Part shown: one piece after another, positions 10,376 to 20,913 of the stretch | Position numbering within the stretch: the stretch's first letter is position 1 | Layout of the letters: each line of letters starts with the position of its first letter | Source: Bdellovibrionales bacterium | GTDB taxonomy: Bacteria; Bdellovibrionota; Bdellovibrionia; Bdellovibrionales; CAYMLA01 | Length of the DNA: 64,000 bases | Direction: 5' to 3' | NCBI GenBank assembly: GCA_965217115.1 | Contig: OZ244239.1 | Span: 1,504,001-1,568,000, forward strand | Position numbers and translations under genes: made by a program | Notes under the pieces: model-generated | The model's input: only the letters and a program-made list of their open reading frames with translations | Database searches by the model: none | What the model was told of the DNA's origin: nothing

Positions 10376-11821
10376 TTATTCAAGAACAGGAGACCATTTT
10401 GGTTTATAGTAATTGTTTTGATCAAACGTTATACGACGTTCATTCGTCCCATCGGAATTGATAACGTAGAGCTGATTCCTTCCAGAGCGATTGCTAATAA
10501 ACATGATATGGCGGCCATCGGGGGACCAGGTGGGATCTTCGTTGTTAGAGTAGACACCATTGGCCTTACGGGCTGTTGTAAGACGAATAAGGCTTGTTCC
10601 ATTAGCTTTCATGGAGAAAATATCAAAATGTCCTTTATCATAACCAGCAAAGGCAAGTTTTTTTCCATCAGGAGACCATGAAGGACTGGCGTTGTAGCGC
10701 CCAGCGATGGTGACGCGTTTAGGTTTCTTTGTTCGAGTGTCCATAACGTAGATCATAGGCTTCCCAGTGCGATCGGACGAAAAAGCTATATGAGTGCCAC
10801 TCTTTGCAATAGCAGGTTCTACATTCATGGCTCGTCCAGGTCCATAGGTCATACGATCAAGGATTTTTCCAGATTTATTAATGCGAAAAATATCTGGTTT
10901 TCCTTTTTGCGAAATCGTGAGGAAGAGATCGCGGCCATTGGGGTGCCAAGTGGAGCCTGAGTTAACTCCAGGACGACTAGAGACGAGCCAACGTTTGTCT
11001 TTGTTGAGTTGATAGATAAATAAATCCCAATTTCGTTTTTGTGATCGTCTGTGTTTAACCAGCGCAGAATAAGCAATGGCTTTTCCATCGGGTGACCAAC
11101 TAGGTGAGAGAGTAATAGAACGATGTCGAGTGAGAGGCTTTGCATTAAAGCCATCCCAGTCCATAAGAAAAATTTCTCGCCAGCCTTTGTTTTTTGCGTA
11201 TTTATTAGCAGGACGAGTGGATGAAACGATGATTTTAGATTTGAACATGCCTTCTTTACCAGTGAGTTTTTTTATAAGATCTGTGGTAAAGCTATGAGCG
11301 ATGAGGCGAACTTTGTCCACAGACCCAGTGTAGCGTCTACCGAGAATGAGACTTGCCTGTTTAATAGAGTAGGAGTAGGTTTCTAAAGTGATTTTTCTTC
11401 CGTTGACGTTAAAACCAGCCATGATTAAAAAATCGCTACCAATCACGCGCCAGTTTTTGAAAAGAAAACCATTGGGATTTCCAGGGGCAGGCTTCATGCT
11501 TTTTTGCGCGGGGTTTTCAATATAAGCTTCGGGTTCGATGAATTGGAAAAAAGAAGCTACGGCAAGGTCATTGTAGATAGTTTTATAAAGTTCTACACCG
11601 ATAGAGTTATACTTACGAGCAGAGGAAGGGGTGCCAAGAAATCGAAATGGTGGCAAGGCAAGAAGACTTTTTTTTATCTTGGCTTCTCCGACTTTGATAT
11701 AAATACGATTTTGTGTAGAGCTCCATGCTCTTTCTATAGGTGCAAGAAGAAGAAAAAAGGAGAAAAATAAAAAAATAAATTGTTGTGAAACATTCTTATT
11801 AAGATGAAAATTTTTTTTCAT
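10376..11821 (-). CDS. tolB: Tol-Pal translocation protein TolB
   Basis: Repeated PSWSPDG PD40 beta-propeller motifs; follows tolQRA. Confidence 0.92.
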   Translation of the reverse strand: MKKNFHLNKNVSQQFIFLFFSFFLLLAPIERAWSSTQNRIYIKVGEAKIKKSLLALPPFRFLGTPSSARKYNSIGVELYKTIYNDLAVASFFQFIEPEAYIENPAQKSMKPAPGNPNGFLFKNWRVIGSDFLIMAGFNVNGRKITLETYSYSIKQASLILGRRYTGSVDKVRLIAHSFTTDLIKKLTGKEGMFKSKIIVSSTRPANKYAKNKGWREIFLMDWDGFNAKPLTRHRSITLSPSWSPDGKAIAYSALVKHRRSQKRNWDLFIYQLNKDKRWLVSSRPGVNSGSTWHPNGRDLFLTISQKGKPDIFRINKSGKILDRMTYGPGRAMNVEPAIAKSGTHIAFSSDRTGKPMIYVMDTRTKKPKRVTIAGRYNASPSWSPDGKKLAFAGYDKGHFDIFSMKANGTSLIRLTTARKANGVYSNNEDPTWSPDGRHIMFISNRSGRNQLYVINSDGTNERRITFDQNNYYKPKWSPVLE

Positions 11822-11825
11822 TAGG

Positions 11826-12524
11826 TCACTCCGGAAAGCCTAAGGTTATACCTTTTATCTTAACTATATCAATAAATTTCTTGCTAGGTGGAGGAAAAGG
11901 AGATGCACGCTGGATTGTGTTAAGAATAATTTCGTCATATTCAGGATTGTCAGAAGAGCGAAGAATTTTTTTTTCAATCACGAAACCTTGTGAGTTTAAT
12001 CTGACCAATGCGAGGGTTTTAAGATCAGATTGAGCTAACCACTCTGGTAACTCCCAGAATTGCTTGACGTGAATATCAATTTGAGTTTGGTAATCATCGT
12101 GTTCAAGCTTGTTAAGCCCTGTTAATTGGGTTCCTGCGGCAAGGGTATTGCCTTTGAACTTTTGTTTTGGAGTTTTACTCAGAAGTTCTCTCTTAAGAGC
12201 CTCGATAGCTCTCTGGGCCTTAATTTTATCAATGGCTTGTTGTTGTCGGTTTTTTTGTTTAAGATTTACTTTTGGAGATTGTTTTTTCTTATTAATCTTA
12301 GGTCTCTCAATAGAGACAGTTTTTTTGTGAGTGTTTTTTATTTTGTTAAGCTGTTTGTCAGGCAAAGCAATAATATCAACTTTGATTGCAGGGATATATT
12401 GATCTATAGAAGAGGGGAAATAAATATTTTTAACAGAGAAAGATAAAAACAAAAATACATGGGCGGCAACGGACCATAAAAGAGAGGATGTAAAAGAGTT
12501 TTTTTTTCTAATGTATTCTGTCAT
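11826..12524 (-). CDS. tolA: TolA/TonB-family energy transducer
   Basis: SxxxH TM anchor (SVAAH), Lys-rich linker, C-terminal RSSDNPEYD...ASPFPPP. Confidence 0.8.
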   Translation of the reverse strand: MTEYIRKKNSFTSSLLWSVAAHVFLFLSFSVKNIYFPSSIDQYIPAIKVDIIALPDKQLNKIKNTHKKTVSIERPKINKKKQSPKVNLKQKNRQQQAIDKIKAQRAIEALKRELLSKTPKQKFKGNTLAAGTQLTGLNKLEHDDYQTQIDIHVKQFWELPEWLAQSDLKTLALVRLNSQGFVIEKKILRSSDNPEYDEIILNTIQRASPFPPPSKKFIDIVKIKGITLGFPE

Positions 12525-12548
12525 TTAAAAAAACATCCTAATTGGTTT

Positions 12549-12962
12549 TTATTTTTTTGGTAGAGTAAGAAGACCCACGCTATAGACTCCTGCCGCTCTT
12601 ATTTCGCTAATAGTTTCGGCGACAAATCCGTAGTCAACTTTTTTGTCTGCTTGAAGATAGACTTGCTTTGTTTTTCTTTTTGAAAAAATGGATTTTAATT
12701 TTGCTCTGAGGTTTTTTGTTGGGATTTTCACATCCCCAATAAGAACTTGTCTTTTCGCATTAATAGTAAGAACAAAAGGGTCTCCTTTGGGGTTAACCCC
12801 TGAATTTGTTGTTTCAGGAAGATTAACTTCAATACCTTGTTGCATAAGGGGGGCCGTAACCATAAAGATAATAAGTAAGACGAGCATCACGTCGACGAGG
12901 GGAGTGATGTTAATCTCGCTTAAGGTGCTACGTTTGTTTGACGGCCCTTCATTCATGCCCAT
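12549..12962 (-). CDS. tolR: TolR/ExbD
   Basis: EINITPLVDVMLVLLIIFMVTAP. Confidence 0.93.
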   Translation of the reverse strand: MGMNEGPSNKRSTLSEINITPLVDVMLVLLIIFMVTAPLMQQGIEVNLPETTNSGVNPKGDPFVLTINAKRQVLIGDVKIPTKNLRAKLKSIFSKRKTKQVYLQADKKVDYGFVAETISEIRAAGVYSVGLLTLPKK

Positions 12963-12967
12963 TTGTA

Positions 12968-13732
12968 TTACTCTCCTTTAGAGAAGCTATGTTTAAGAAT
13001 ATTGAGAAAATCAGATGAAAAACTATTTAAGCTAAGTTCTTCTTTTTTTAATTTTGAAATGAAATGGTTGTAGGCAATAACAGCGGGAATAGCAGCGGCG
13101 AGACCAATGGCAGTGGCAACAAGGGCTTCGGCAATTCCAGGAGCAACGACGGCTAGACTTGCGCTGCCCGTTGCTCCAATGTTTTGAAAGGATGTCATAA
13201 TACCCCACACGGTTCCAAAGAGACCGATAAAAGGGCCAGTGCTTCCTGTTGTAGCAAGAATGGAAAGCTTTGACTCTAGCTCAGTGATTTCGTTGTCCAT
13301 CGTTTTGCGTAGAACTCGTTCGATGCTGTCGAGTTCAAGAAGACGAGGGGTTTCTCCATGAGCACTATTTTCAGCAGCGTTTCTAAAATGGGGAGAAGCG
13401 ATGATTTTTTGTCGCTCTAAGTAGGCAGCCTTAAAAAGTCGAGCTACGCTGCTTTTATAATAGAGATGAAGATCATCGTAAATCGCTTCAAGGGAGTTCG
13501 TCTTCCAAAAGAAATCGGAGAAAGAGGCGTTAATGATAAGAAGATTTTGAAATTGCTTACGTTTGGAAAAAATCACACTCCAACAAAGAATCGATAATCC
13601 AATGAGAATTAAAAGAGTGAACTGCACAACAGGGCTGCCGTTTATAACAGCGTCCCAGATATTTGTATTGACGGTGGTTGGAGGTAGAGGAGTTGCTGCA
13701 TGGGCGACAGTCAGGAAAAAATTTTGAAACAT
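12968..13732 (-). CDS. tolQ: TolQ (MotA/TolQ/ExbB)
   Basis: PFIGLFGTVWGIM, APGIAEALVATAIGL. Confidence 0.95.
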   Translation of the reverse strand: MFQNFFLTVAHAATPLPPTTVNTNIWDAVINGSPVVQFTLLILIGLSILCWSVIFSKRKQFQNLLIINASFSDFFWKTNSLEAIYDDLHLYYKSSVARLFKAAYLERQKIIASPHFRNAAENSAHGETPRLLELDSIERVLRKTMDNEITELESKLSILATTGSTGPFIGLFGTVWGIMTSFQNIGATGSASLAVVAPGIAEALVATAIGLAAAIPAVIAYNHFISKLKKEELSLNSFSSDFLNILKHSFSKGE

Positions 13733-13926
13733 AGAAGTTGCCTTTAAATTAGGAAGTTAATGATGTTTTTTTGATTTTATAGCTCGCGGGGCCTTTTGGC
13801 AAAGGGAGGCTCTTTGAGAAGAAGAGACAGGTCTTTTGTATTAAAGGCGTTAGTCTAGGTAATAGCCTAGGAAATAGTCTAGGCTATTTATCAGAATTTC
13901 TTTTGTAACTCCCTAGAGGGTCATTT

Positions 13927-14772
13927 CTATAGAAAAGGTGTGAGAATTCCATCCACACCTTCTCTGGTGAGTTTTTCAAGGTCTTCTCTTGAATGAATAG
14001 GGCCGAGAATCACCTTCATTTGTCGGCGGTGAATTTCTTTAATAAGTTTTTGGCTGAAGCTGCGTTGACCATGTTTTTTCTGATATAAGGAGGCGACGAT
14101 AATATCTCCTCTTATCGGAGAAATAGTCTCGATAAAAAGCCCTTCGAGAATTTTTAATTTTGTGAGTTCAGTTTGCCCTGAGCCAAAAAGCCAAAGGGGC
14201 TGCAATTTTTTTATCGTTTTTATAATAATATCGTAATCACTTTGAATCAGAACTCTCTTGTCTGCTTGGTGTTTTGTGACAATGGTAACAATTTTTTTGT
14301 GAATGCCTTTTTCATTAGCTTGAATATTAAGAATAAAGCGTGATGTGGGGAATGAAGCCAGAGCCTCTTCTAACGTGGGAACCTTCATTGAAGTTTTCTG
14401 TTCGTTCCATGGAATTGTCAAATTTTGGATTTCTTTAAGGGTGTGATCCTTGACTTTACCTAGCCCATTGGTTGTGCGGTCAAGGGTGTTGTCAGCCATA
14501 AGAAAAAGGTAACCATCTTTACTTTGCTGAATATCAACAAAGAAAACAACCAAAGGGTTGATTCGTCGCGCGGCCTCAAGAGCCTCCAAAGTATTTTCTG
14601 GATATTCGGAGCTAAGTCCTCGATAGGAAATAAGCTGAGGCCCTCCATTGAAGTCTCTTAGGAATTCGTGGGAAACATGGTAATTTGCTCTGGAGAGGCC
14701 ATATAAACGCAACCCGAATAAAGTTAGAAAGAGAGCCATCGTAGAAAAAACACAAATAACAATCAGTCGCAT
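13927..14772 (-). CDS. Glycerophosphodiester phosphodiesterase-like protein (catalytic residues altered)
   Basis: ISYRGLSSEYPENTLEA, DIQQSKDG, DNTLDRTTNG, VPTLEE. Confidence 0.85.
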   Translation of the reverse strand: MRLIVICVFSTMALFLTLFGLRLYGLSRANYHVSHEFLRDFNGGPQLISYRGLSSEYPENTLEALEAARRINPLVVFFVDIQQSKDGYLFLMADNTLDRTTNGLGKVKDHTLKEIQNLTIPWNEQKTSMKVPTLEEALASFPTSRFILNIQANEKGIHKKIVTIVTKHQADKRVLIQSDYDIIIKTIKKLQPLWLFGSGQTELTKLKILEGLFIETISPIRGDIIVASLYQKKHGQRSFSQKLIKEIHRRQMKVILGPIHSREDLEKLTREGVDGILTPFL

Positions 14773-14970
14773 GGGTTTTAAGCTCCTTTTGTATTCGATT
14801 TGATTGAATTTATATCTAAATTTGACGATTTGGCAATAGTTCCATGGGGAGGATTTTAGGTTTCCAGAGAAATAAGTACAAAAAAAGCTTATTTATGTTG
14901 AAAGCTGCTTAAAAAATGGTAGTTTTCCTCTGGATTTGCCAGAGTGCTTGTGAAGTCGTTTGAGGGAGAA

Positions 14971-15477
14971 ATGGTAAAAATAAATCGTAAATTGGAATAT
15001 GCAATTATGGCGTTGAAAGTTCTGAACGACAGGGCTGCCATGCAAGGGCAGGATGGGGGACTGACAACAGTTAAGGAGGTTTGTGATCTTCTTTTGTGCT
15101 CCTACGACGGCATGGCAAGAGTGATGCAAAAAATGGCACATGGGCAGCAGATAAAAGGACAGGAATTGTTGGTCTCTGAGCAGGGTATTGGGGGTGGTTA
15201 TCGTTTGAATCGAAACCTTGATCAAGTATCGATGTATTCTTTAATGGAAGTGGTTTTAGGTCCTATCGAAATTGCAAGGTGTCTTCAACAGAACAAGTCA
15301 TGTCAGATGATGAAGACCTGTAATATAGTGTCCCCAATAAATGCCTTAAATTTAAAGATTACGGAGTTTTATAAAACACTCAGTATGGCTGAAATTTTTT
15401 CGGTTTCAGAAAACGTAACATCTTTGATGGGACAGGCCCAGCAGCAGAAAAATGAAATACGAGGTATTGCTAAATGA
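14971..15477 (+). CDS. Rrf2-family transcriptional regulator (probably Fe-S binding)
   Basis: [20 protein letters not shown], three Cys ([15 protein letters not shown]); leads the suf operon. Confidence 0.9.
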   Translation: MVKINRKLEYAIMALKVLNDRAAMQGQDGGLTTVKEVCDLLLCSYDGMARVMQKMAHGQQIKGQELLVSEQGIGGGYRLNRNLDQVSMYSLMEVVLGPIEIARCLQQNKSCQMMKTCNIVSPINALNLKITEFYKTLSMAEIFSVSENVTSLMGQAQQQKNEIRGIAK

Positions 15478-16913
15478 GTGCTGAAAAGAATCAAATCGCT
15501 TCGAATCGGGATTATAAATATGGTTTCTATACTGATATTGAAACGGATCAAATTTCAAAGGGACTTAGCGAAGATATTATTCATTTAATTTCAGAAAAGA
15601 AGAAAGAACCAAAGTTTATGCTTGAGTTTCGCCTGCGGGCTTTTCATTATTGGCAGACTTTGCAAGAGCCACAGTGGACTGATCTGAGTTATCCAAAAAT
15701 TAATTTTCAGGATATTTGTTATTATTCCTCTCCCAAAAAGCAACAAGAAATAAAAAGCCTAGATGAAGTTGACCCTGAACTTTTAAAAACCTTCGAAAAA
15801 CTGGGAATTTCTTTAAATGAACAAAAAAGACTTTCTGGAGTTGCCGTGGATGTGGTCTTTGATAGTGTGAGTTTAGGGACGACTCATCAAGAGGAACTGG
15901 AAAAAGAAGGGGTCATTTTTTGTTCAATTTCAGAGGCATTACAAAAATATCCTGAGTTGGTAAAAAAATATTTAGGAACAGTTGTTCCTTATAAGGATAA
16001 CTTTTATGCGGCTCTGAATGCAGCAGTTTTTACTGATGGATCGTTTGCCTATATTCCCAAGGGAGTGACTTGTCCTCTAGACCTGTCGACTTATTTTCGT
16101 ATTAATGCTCAAGAGACGGGACAGTTTGAGAGAACTCTTGTTGTGGCCGAAGAGGGAAGTTTTGTTAATTATCTAGAAGGCTGCACGGCTCCACAGAGAG
16201 ATGAAAATCAACTTCATGCAGCGGTGGTTGAACTGGTCGCCTTGGACGATGCAGAAATTCGTTATTCTACTGTGCAAAATTGGTATGCGGGTAATAGAGA
16301 AGGCCAGGGTGGAATTTATAATTTTGTAACTAAACGTGGAAGATGTGCAGGAAAGAATTCTAAAATTTCTTGGACTCAGGTGGAAGCAGGTTCTGCTATC
16401 ACGTGGAAGTATCCAAGCTGTATTCTTGAAGGAGAAAATTCGGAGGGATATTTTTACTCTGTGGCTTTAACTCATGATAAAATGCAGGCTGACACTGGAA
16501 CAAAAATGATTCATGTGGGAAAAAATACGAAAAGCACAATTATCTCTAAGGGAATTTCAACAGATCAGTCGCAGAATGTTTATCGTGGATTGGTGAAAAT
16601 CATGCCCAGTGCCGAGGGAGCAAGAAATTTTTCTCAATGTGATTCAATGCTTGTTGGAGATCAGTGTGGTGCAAAAACTTATCCCTATATAGAGGTGAAG
16701 AACAATACTGCCACCTTAGAGCATGAGGCTTCGACGTCGAGAATGAGTGAAGAGCAGCTGTTTTATTTGCAATCCCGTGGCTTGGATATGGAAAAAGCCA
16801 TATCCACAGTGGTTAATGGCTTTTGCAAAGAAGTTTTTAAAACCTTGCCCTTAGAGTTTTCGGTGGAAGCAGTGAAATTAATTGAAATGAAGTTAGAAAA
16901 TAGTGTTGGTTAG
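15474..16913 (+). CDS. sufB: Fe-S cluster assembly protein SufB
   Basis: [38 protein letters not shown]. Confidence 0.97.
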   Translation: MSAEKNQIASNRDYKYGFYTDIETDQISKGLSEDIIHLISEKKKEPKFMLEFRLRAFHYWQTLQEPQWTDLSYPKINFQDICYYSSPKKQQEIKSLDEVDPELLKTFEKLGISLNEQKRLSGVAVDVVFDSVSLGTTHQEELEKEGVIFCSISEALQKYPELVKKYLGTVVPYKDNFYAALNAAVFTDGSFAYIPKGVTCPLDLSTYFRINAQETGQFERTLVVAEEGSFVNYLEGCTAPQRDENQLHAAVVELVALDDAEIRYSTVQNWYAGNREGQGGIYNFVTKRGRCAGKNSKISWTQVEAGSAITWKYPSCILEGENSEGYFYSVALTHDKMQADTGTKMIHVGKNTKSTIISKGISTDQSQNVYRGLVKIMPSAEGARNFSQCDSMLVGDQCGAKTYPYIEVKNNTATLEHEASTSRMSEEQLFYLQSRGLDMEKAISTVVNGFCKEVFKTLPLEFSVEAVKLIEMKLENSVG

Positions 16914-16923
16914 GAGAGTTTAA

Positions 16924-17694
16924 ATGTTATCTATTAAAAACCTACATGTGAGTGTAGAAGAAAAAGAAATATTAAAAGGATTGAGCTTAAATGTAAAAGC
17001 TGGAGAAGTGCATGCCATCATGGGGCCAAATGGTTCGGGTAAGAGCACGTTGTCTAAAGTTATCGTAGGCGACTCATCTTATCAAGTTACAAAAGGTGAA
17101 GTTTTATACGATGTTAACTTTGAAATGAAAAATATCTTTGATCTTAGCGTAGATGAAAGAGCTAAAGAGGGTGTCTTTTTGGCATTTCAATATCCAGTGG
17201 AAGTGCCAGGAGTGTCAAACTTGACCTTTTTACACACGGCTTTTAATTCTATTTGTGAGCATCAAGGGTCAGAGACAATGTCCGAGGAAGAGTTTTATGA
17301 TTTCGTGCGTGAAAAGATGAAAACTGTCGATATAAATCCTCGTTTTTTGGATCGCCCAGTGAATGTGGGGTTTTCTGGAGGAGAAAAGAAGCGCAATGAG
17401 ATTTTACAAATGGCTGTTTTAGCACCAAAATTGGCTTTTTTGGATGAAACTGATTCAGGATTAGACATTGATGCCTTAAGGATTGTTGCCGGTGGAATCA
17501 ATAAATTAAAATCTTCTGAAAATGCCATTGTCTTAATAACTCATTATCAAAGACTACTTAACTATATTGAACCTGATTTTGTACATGTTTTGAGTGACGG
17601 TCAAATTATTGAAACAGGCGATAAAAATCTGGCTCTAAAATTAGAAGACAAGGGTTATGACTGGATGATAACGTCGGAGAAAATAAATAAATGA
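16924..17694 (+). CDS. sufC: Fe-S assembly ATPase SufC
   Basis: GPNGSGKST, GFSGGEKKRNEILQM, LDETDSGLDID. Confidence 0.97.
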   Translation: MLSIKNLHVSVEEKEILKGLSLNVKAGEVHAIMGPNGSGKSTLSKVIVGDSSYQVTKGEVLYDVNFEMKNIFDLSVDERAKEGVFLAFQYPVEVPGVSNLTFLHTAFNSICEHQGSETMSEEEFYDFVREKMKTVDINPRFLDRPVNVGFSGGEKKRNEILQMAVLAPKLAFLDETDSGLDIDALRIVAGGINKLKSSENAIVLITHYQRLLNYIEPDFVHVLSDGQIIETGDKNLALKLEDKGYDWMITSEKINK

Positions 17695-18998
17695 GTTTTG
17701 AAAGCCTGCTTTTTCAAAATAAGAGTAAAAACAATAAAATCTTGTGCTCTAAGGATGAAGAGTATTTGGATTATATTCAATCAGTGGGGTTCCCTAATCG
17801 TAAACAGGAATCTTGGAAATACCTAAATCTTGAAAAAATAAAAAAAACTCAATGGGTTTTGCAAGATCAGAAAAAAAAACCTTTGAATAAAGAAGATATA
17901 AAAGAGATTGAAAAGCTAAAAATAACAAATGCCATCCATGTCGTTTTTGTAAATGGTGTTTATATCCCTCAGATATCTAGTGAGGAAAAAGACACATCGC
18001 TATTTTCCATTTATGATAAAAGCAAAGACAGTCAGAGAGATGGTAAGAACCACTCAGAAAAGCGAAGCTGCTTTAACAAGAAGGTGAATTATTTTTCAGC
18101 ATTTGTTTTATTAAGCTCTGAAGAGGTTATTTCTTTTGAGGTTAAGAAAAACACCAAACTAAAAAAAATATTGCAAATCATTCATTGGCAAAATGGTGAC
18201 TCAGAAGAGTTAGAGGAAAGGCTATTTCGTCAGAGAATTAATTTTAAAATTGAGGAAGGAGCTGAATTAAAAGTTATTGAAACGATTGATCAGGCAGAGA
18301 GCCAAGTAAGATCATTTGAGAGTTTGTCATTAAGGGTGATTGATGTTCAGGTAGGAAAAAGAGGGTGTTTTGACCTCTGTCGAGTTCATAAGAGTAAGAA
18401 AATAAAATGTATAAATCACATTCGAGTGGAGCAGGAAGAGGGGAGTCAGTTTTATTATTTAGGAGCAGACATTCAGGGGGAATTGATTCGCAATGACATT
18501 AGTGTTTCGGTGAATGGCCGTCACTGCGAAACGTCTGTAGATGGGTTTTATTTAACAAAAGATAATCAAGAGATTGATAATCACGCCTTTATAGAACAGA
18601 GAAGTCCTGATTGTAAGACCCACCAGCTTTATAAGGGTTTTTTAACAGATAAATCTCACGCTGTGTTTGATGGTAAAATAGTGATTCAGGAAAAATCACA
18701 AAAAGTTAATGTTCAGCAGCTTAACAGAAACCTGCTAATTGGCTCTAAATCTCGTGTAGACACAAAACCTAATTTAGAGGTTTTGGCTGATGATGTAAAA
18801 GCGAGTCATGGAGCGACGGTGGGGCAGCTAAATGAAGAAGAATTATTTTATTTCCAAAGCCGAGCTATTTCAAAAAAGAAGGCATTGGAGATGATAGGTT
18901 TTGGTTTTTTAGTAGATGTGTCCTATCGGTTGCGAAATTTAGATGTAAGGGTTCGTGTTGAAGAGTGGATGAGAGAGTCTTTTAAAGGGTTGGTTTGA
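17691..18998 (+). CDS. sufD: Fe-S assembly protein SufD
   Basis: FPNRKQESWKY; KPNLEVLADDVKASHGATVG. Confidence 0.93.
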   Translation: MSFESLLFQNKSKNNKILCSKDEEYLDYIQSVGFPNRKQESWKYLNLEKIKKTQWVLQDQKKKPLNKEDIKEIEKLKITNAIHVVFVNGVYIPQISSEEKDTSLFSIYDKSKDSQRDGKNHSEKRSCFNKKVNYFSAFVLLSSEEVISFEVKKNTKLKKILQIIHWQNGDSEELEERLFRQRINFKIEEGAELKVIETIDQAESQVRSFESLSLRVIDVQVGKRGCFDLCRVHKSKKIKCINHIRVEQEEGSQFYYLGADIQGELIRNDISVSVNGRHCETSVDGFYLTKDNQEIDNHAFIEQRSPDCKTHQLYKGFLTDKSHAVFDGKIVIQEKSQKVNVQQLNRNLLIGSKSRVDTKPNLEVLADDVKASHGATVGQLNEEELFYFQSRAISKKKALEMIGFGFLVDVSYRLRNLDVRVRVEEWMRESFKGLV

Positions 18999-18999
18999 T

Positions 19000-20229
19000 A
19001 TCGAAAAAGAATTTGATGTTAATAAAATACGAGAAGATTTTCCTATTCTCAAAAAAGAGATAAACGGAAAACCCTTGGTGTATCTAGACAGTGCTGCATC
19101 GGCGTTAAAGCCTCGCTCTGTGGTAGACCGTTTATCAAATTATTACCTTTATGAGTCATCAAATGTTCATCGAGGTTCTCATTATCTAAGTGACCAAGGC
19201 ACTTCTAATTATGAAAATTCCAGAGAGAAAGTGAGAGGTTTTATCAATGCAGACTCTTGCCAAGAAATTATTTTCACTAAAGGGACAACGGAGTCAATTA
19301 ATTTGGTGGCGCAGTCTTGGGGGTACTCACAATTAAAACAAGGTGATGAGATTCTTCTTACAGAGATGGAGCATCACTCTAATATTGTTCCATGGCAGAT
19401 ATTGGCAGAAAAAGTTGGTGCTGTGATTAAAGTGCTTCCAATAGTAGATGAGAGAGGGAATCTCTGTGAGGAATCTTTTGAACGGCTTCTTTCGGAGAAG
19501 ACAAAAATGGTGGCGATCACTCATTGTTCTAACACCTTGGGAACGATCAATGACATAGAGAGAATTGTGAAAAAGGCTAAGGCTATCGGTGCCAAAGTTT
19601 TGGTTGATGGAGCTCAGGCAGTTTGTTGCCAGAAGGTGGACGTGAAGAAGCTTGATTGTGATTTTTATGCTTTTTCAGGACACAAACTTTGGGGACCTTA
19701 TGGCATTGGAGTTTTGTATGGAAAAAAAGATATTTTGAATGAAATGCCTCCCTATCAAAGTGGAGGGAGTATGATCTCAGAGGTGAGTTTTTTAAAAACA
19801 ACCTTTGGAGAGCTGCCGAATAAATTTGAAGGGGGAACTCCTCATATAGCAGGAGCGATTGGTCTGAGTGAGGCGATTGACTACACTTTGAGTGTTGGAA
19901 TAGAGGCTATTCATTCACATGGGGAGATGTTACTCAAGGAAGCCAGCGAAGGATTAAAGGCGATAGACGGTTTACGTGTAATAGGTGAGGCAGAAAAAAA
20001 GACAAGTTTGATTTCTTTTGTTATTGAGGGAGTTCATCACAGTGATTTGGGTCAAATTTTAGATGAGCAGGGTGTGGCGATAAGAACGGGGCATCATTGC
20101 ACTCAGCCATTAATGGAGAAATTGGGATTACCGGGTACAACGAGAGCTTCTTTTTCTATGTACAATACTCGATCAGACGTAGAGGCATTGATTGAAGGGG
20201 TTAAAAAATCTGTGGAGTTATTACGATGA
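19000..20229 (+). CDS. sufS: Cysteine desulfurase SufS (start uncertain)
   Basis: YLDSAASA, FSGHK, RTGHHCTQP; conserved N-terminus FDVNKIREDFPIL lies in frame upstream of TTG 19075. Confidence 0.93.
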   Translation: MEKEFDVNKIREDFPILKKEINGKPLVYLDSAASALKPRSVVDRLSNYYLYESSNVHRGSHYLSDQGTSNYENSREKVRGFINADSCQEIIFTKGTTESINLVAQSWGYSQLKQGDEILLTEMEHHSNIVPWQILAEKVGAVIKVLPIVDERGNLCEESFERLLSEKTKMVAITHCSNTLGTINDIERIVKKAKAIGAKVLVDGAQAVCCQKVDVKKLDCDFYAFSGHKLWGPYGIGVLYGKKDILNEMPPYQSGGSMISEVSFLKTTFGELPNKFEGGTPHIAGAIGLSEAIDYTLSVGIEAIHSHGEMLLKEASEGLKAIDGLRVIGEAEKKTSLISFVIEGVHHSDLGQILDEQGVAIRTGHHCTQPLMEKLGLPGTTRASFSMYNTRSDVEALIEGVKKSVELLR

Positions 20230-20807
20230 ATAAAGAAAATATTGATGCTGAAATTTTAATTCGTGTGCAAGCCACTCCCAATCCAAGTGCATGGAAATTT
20301 GTGATTAATCGAGTGGTCAAGACAGAGGGAAAAGCCTCCTATTCTTCGCAACAGGATGCCCAAGATCTTTTGTTAGTAAAATCTTTATTCTCTGTTTTGG
20401 GTGTGACCCAGGTGCATCTTTTCCGCAATATTGTGACAGTGACTCATATAACTGGTTTTGAAAAAGTAGAAAATTGGAAAGAATCTGTGAGTATTGTTTT
20501 ACAAACACGTTTACCTGTTCATAACCCTGATTTTGTCATTGAACAAAATGGGCAGAAGGAACGCCGAGAGCAGATAGATCCGGAGCTGAAAAAAATTGAT
20601 GATATTTTAGATCGTACGATCCGCCCAGGTCTACAGGGAGATGGGGGAGATATAGAGGTTGTGGAGTTAACAAATAATCGTTTGATTGTCCGTTACGAAG
20701 GGGCTTGTGGCTCTTGCCCCAGTGCCACAACAGGAACCTTAATGGCCATCGAAGGAATTTTGCAGGATCAATACAATAGCCAGATCGAAGTTATTCCCGT
20801 TCCTTAA
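20226..20807 (+). CDS. NfuA/NifU-like Fe-S carrier
   Basis: TPNPSAWKF N-terminal scaffold domain; IRPGLQGDGGD...GACGSCPS. Confidence 0.92.
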   Translation: MNKENIDAEILIRVQATPNPSAWKFVINRVVKTEGKASYSSQQDAQDLLLVKSLFSVLGVTQVHLFRNIVTVTHITGFEKVENWKESVSIVLQTRLPVHNPDFVIEQNGQKERREQIDPELKKIDDILDRTIRPGLQGDGGDIEVVELTNNRLIVRYEGACGSCPSATTGTLMAIEGILQDQYNSQIEVIPVP

Positions 20808-20913
20808 GGACTGAGCTTGTTTTTTTTTGGAAAAAACTGACACGGAACAACAACGGTCCTTTTTTGTATAAGGACCAGCTTTCTTGTCAAAATGAAAATG
20901 AAAGTCAGAATGA

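Noticed and set aside
10376..13732. tolQRAB without adjacent pal; suf operon without sufE/sufU
   Set aside because: Split operons are common and the genes may lie elsewhere
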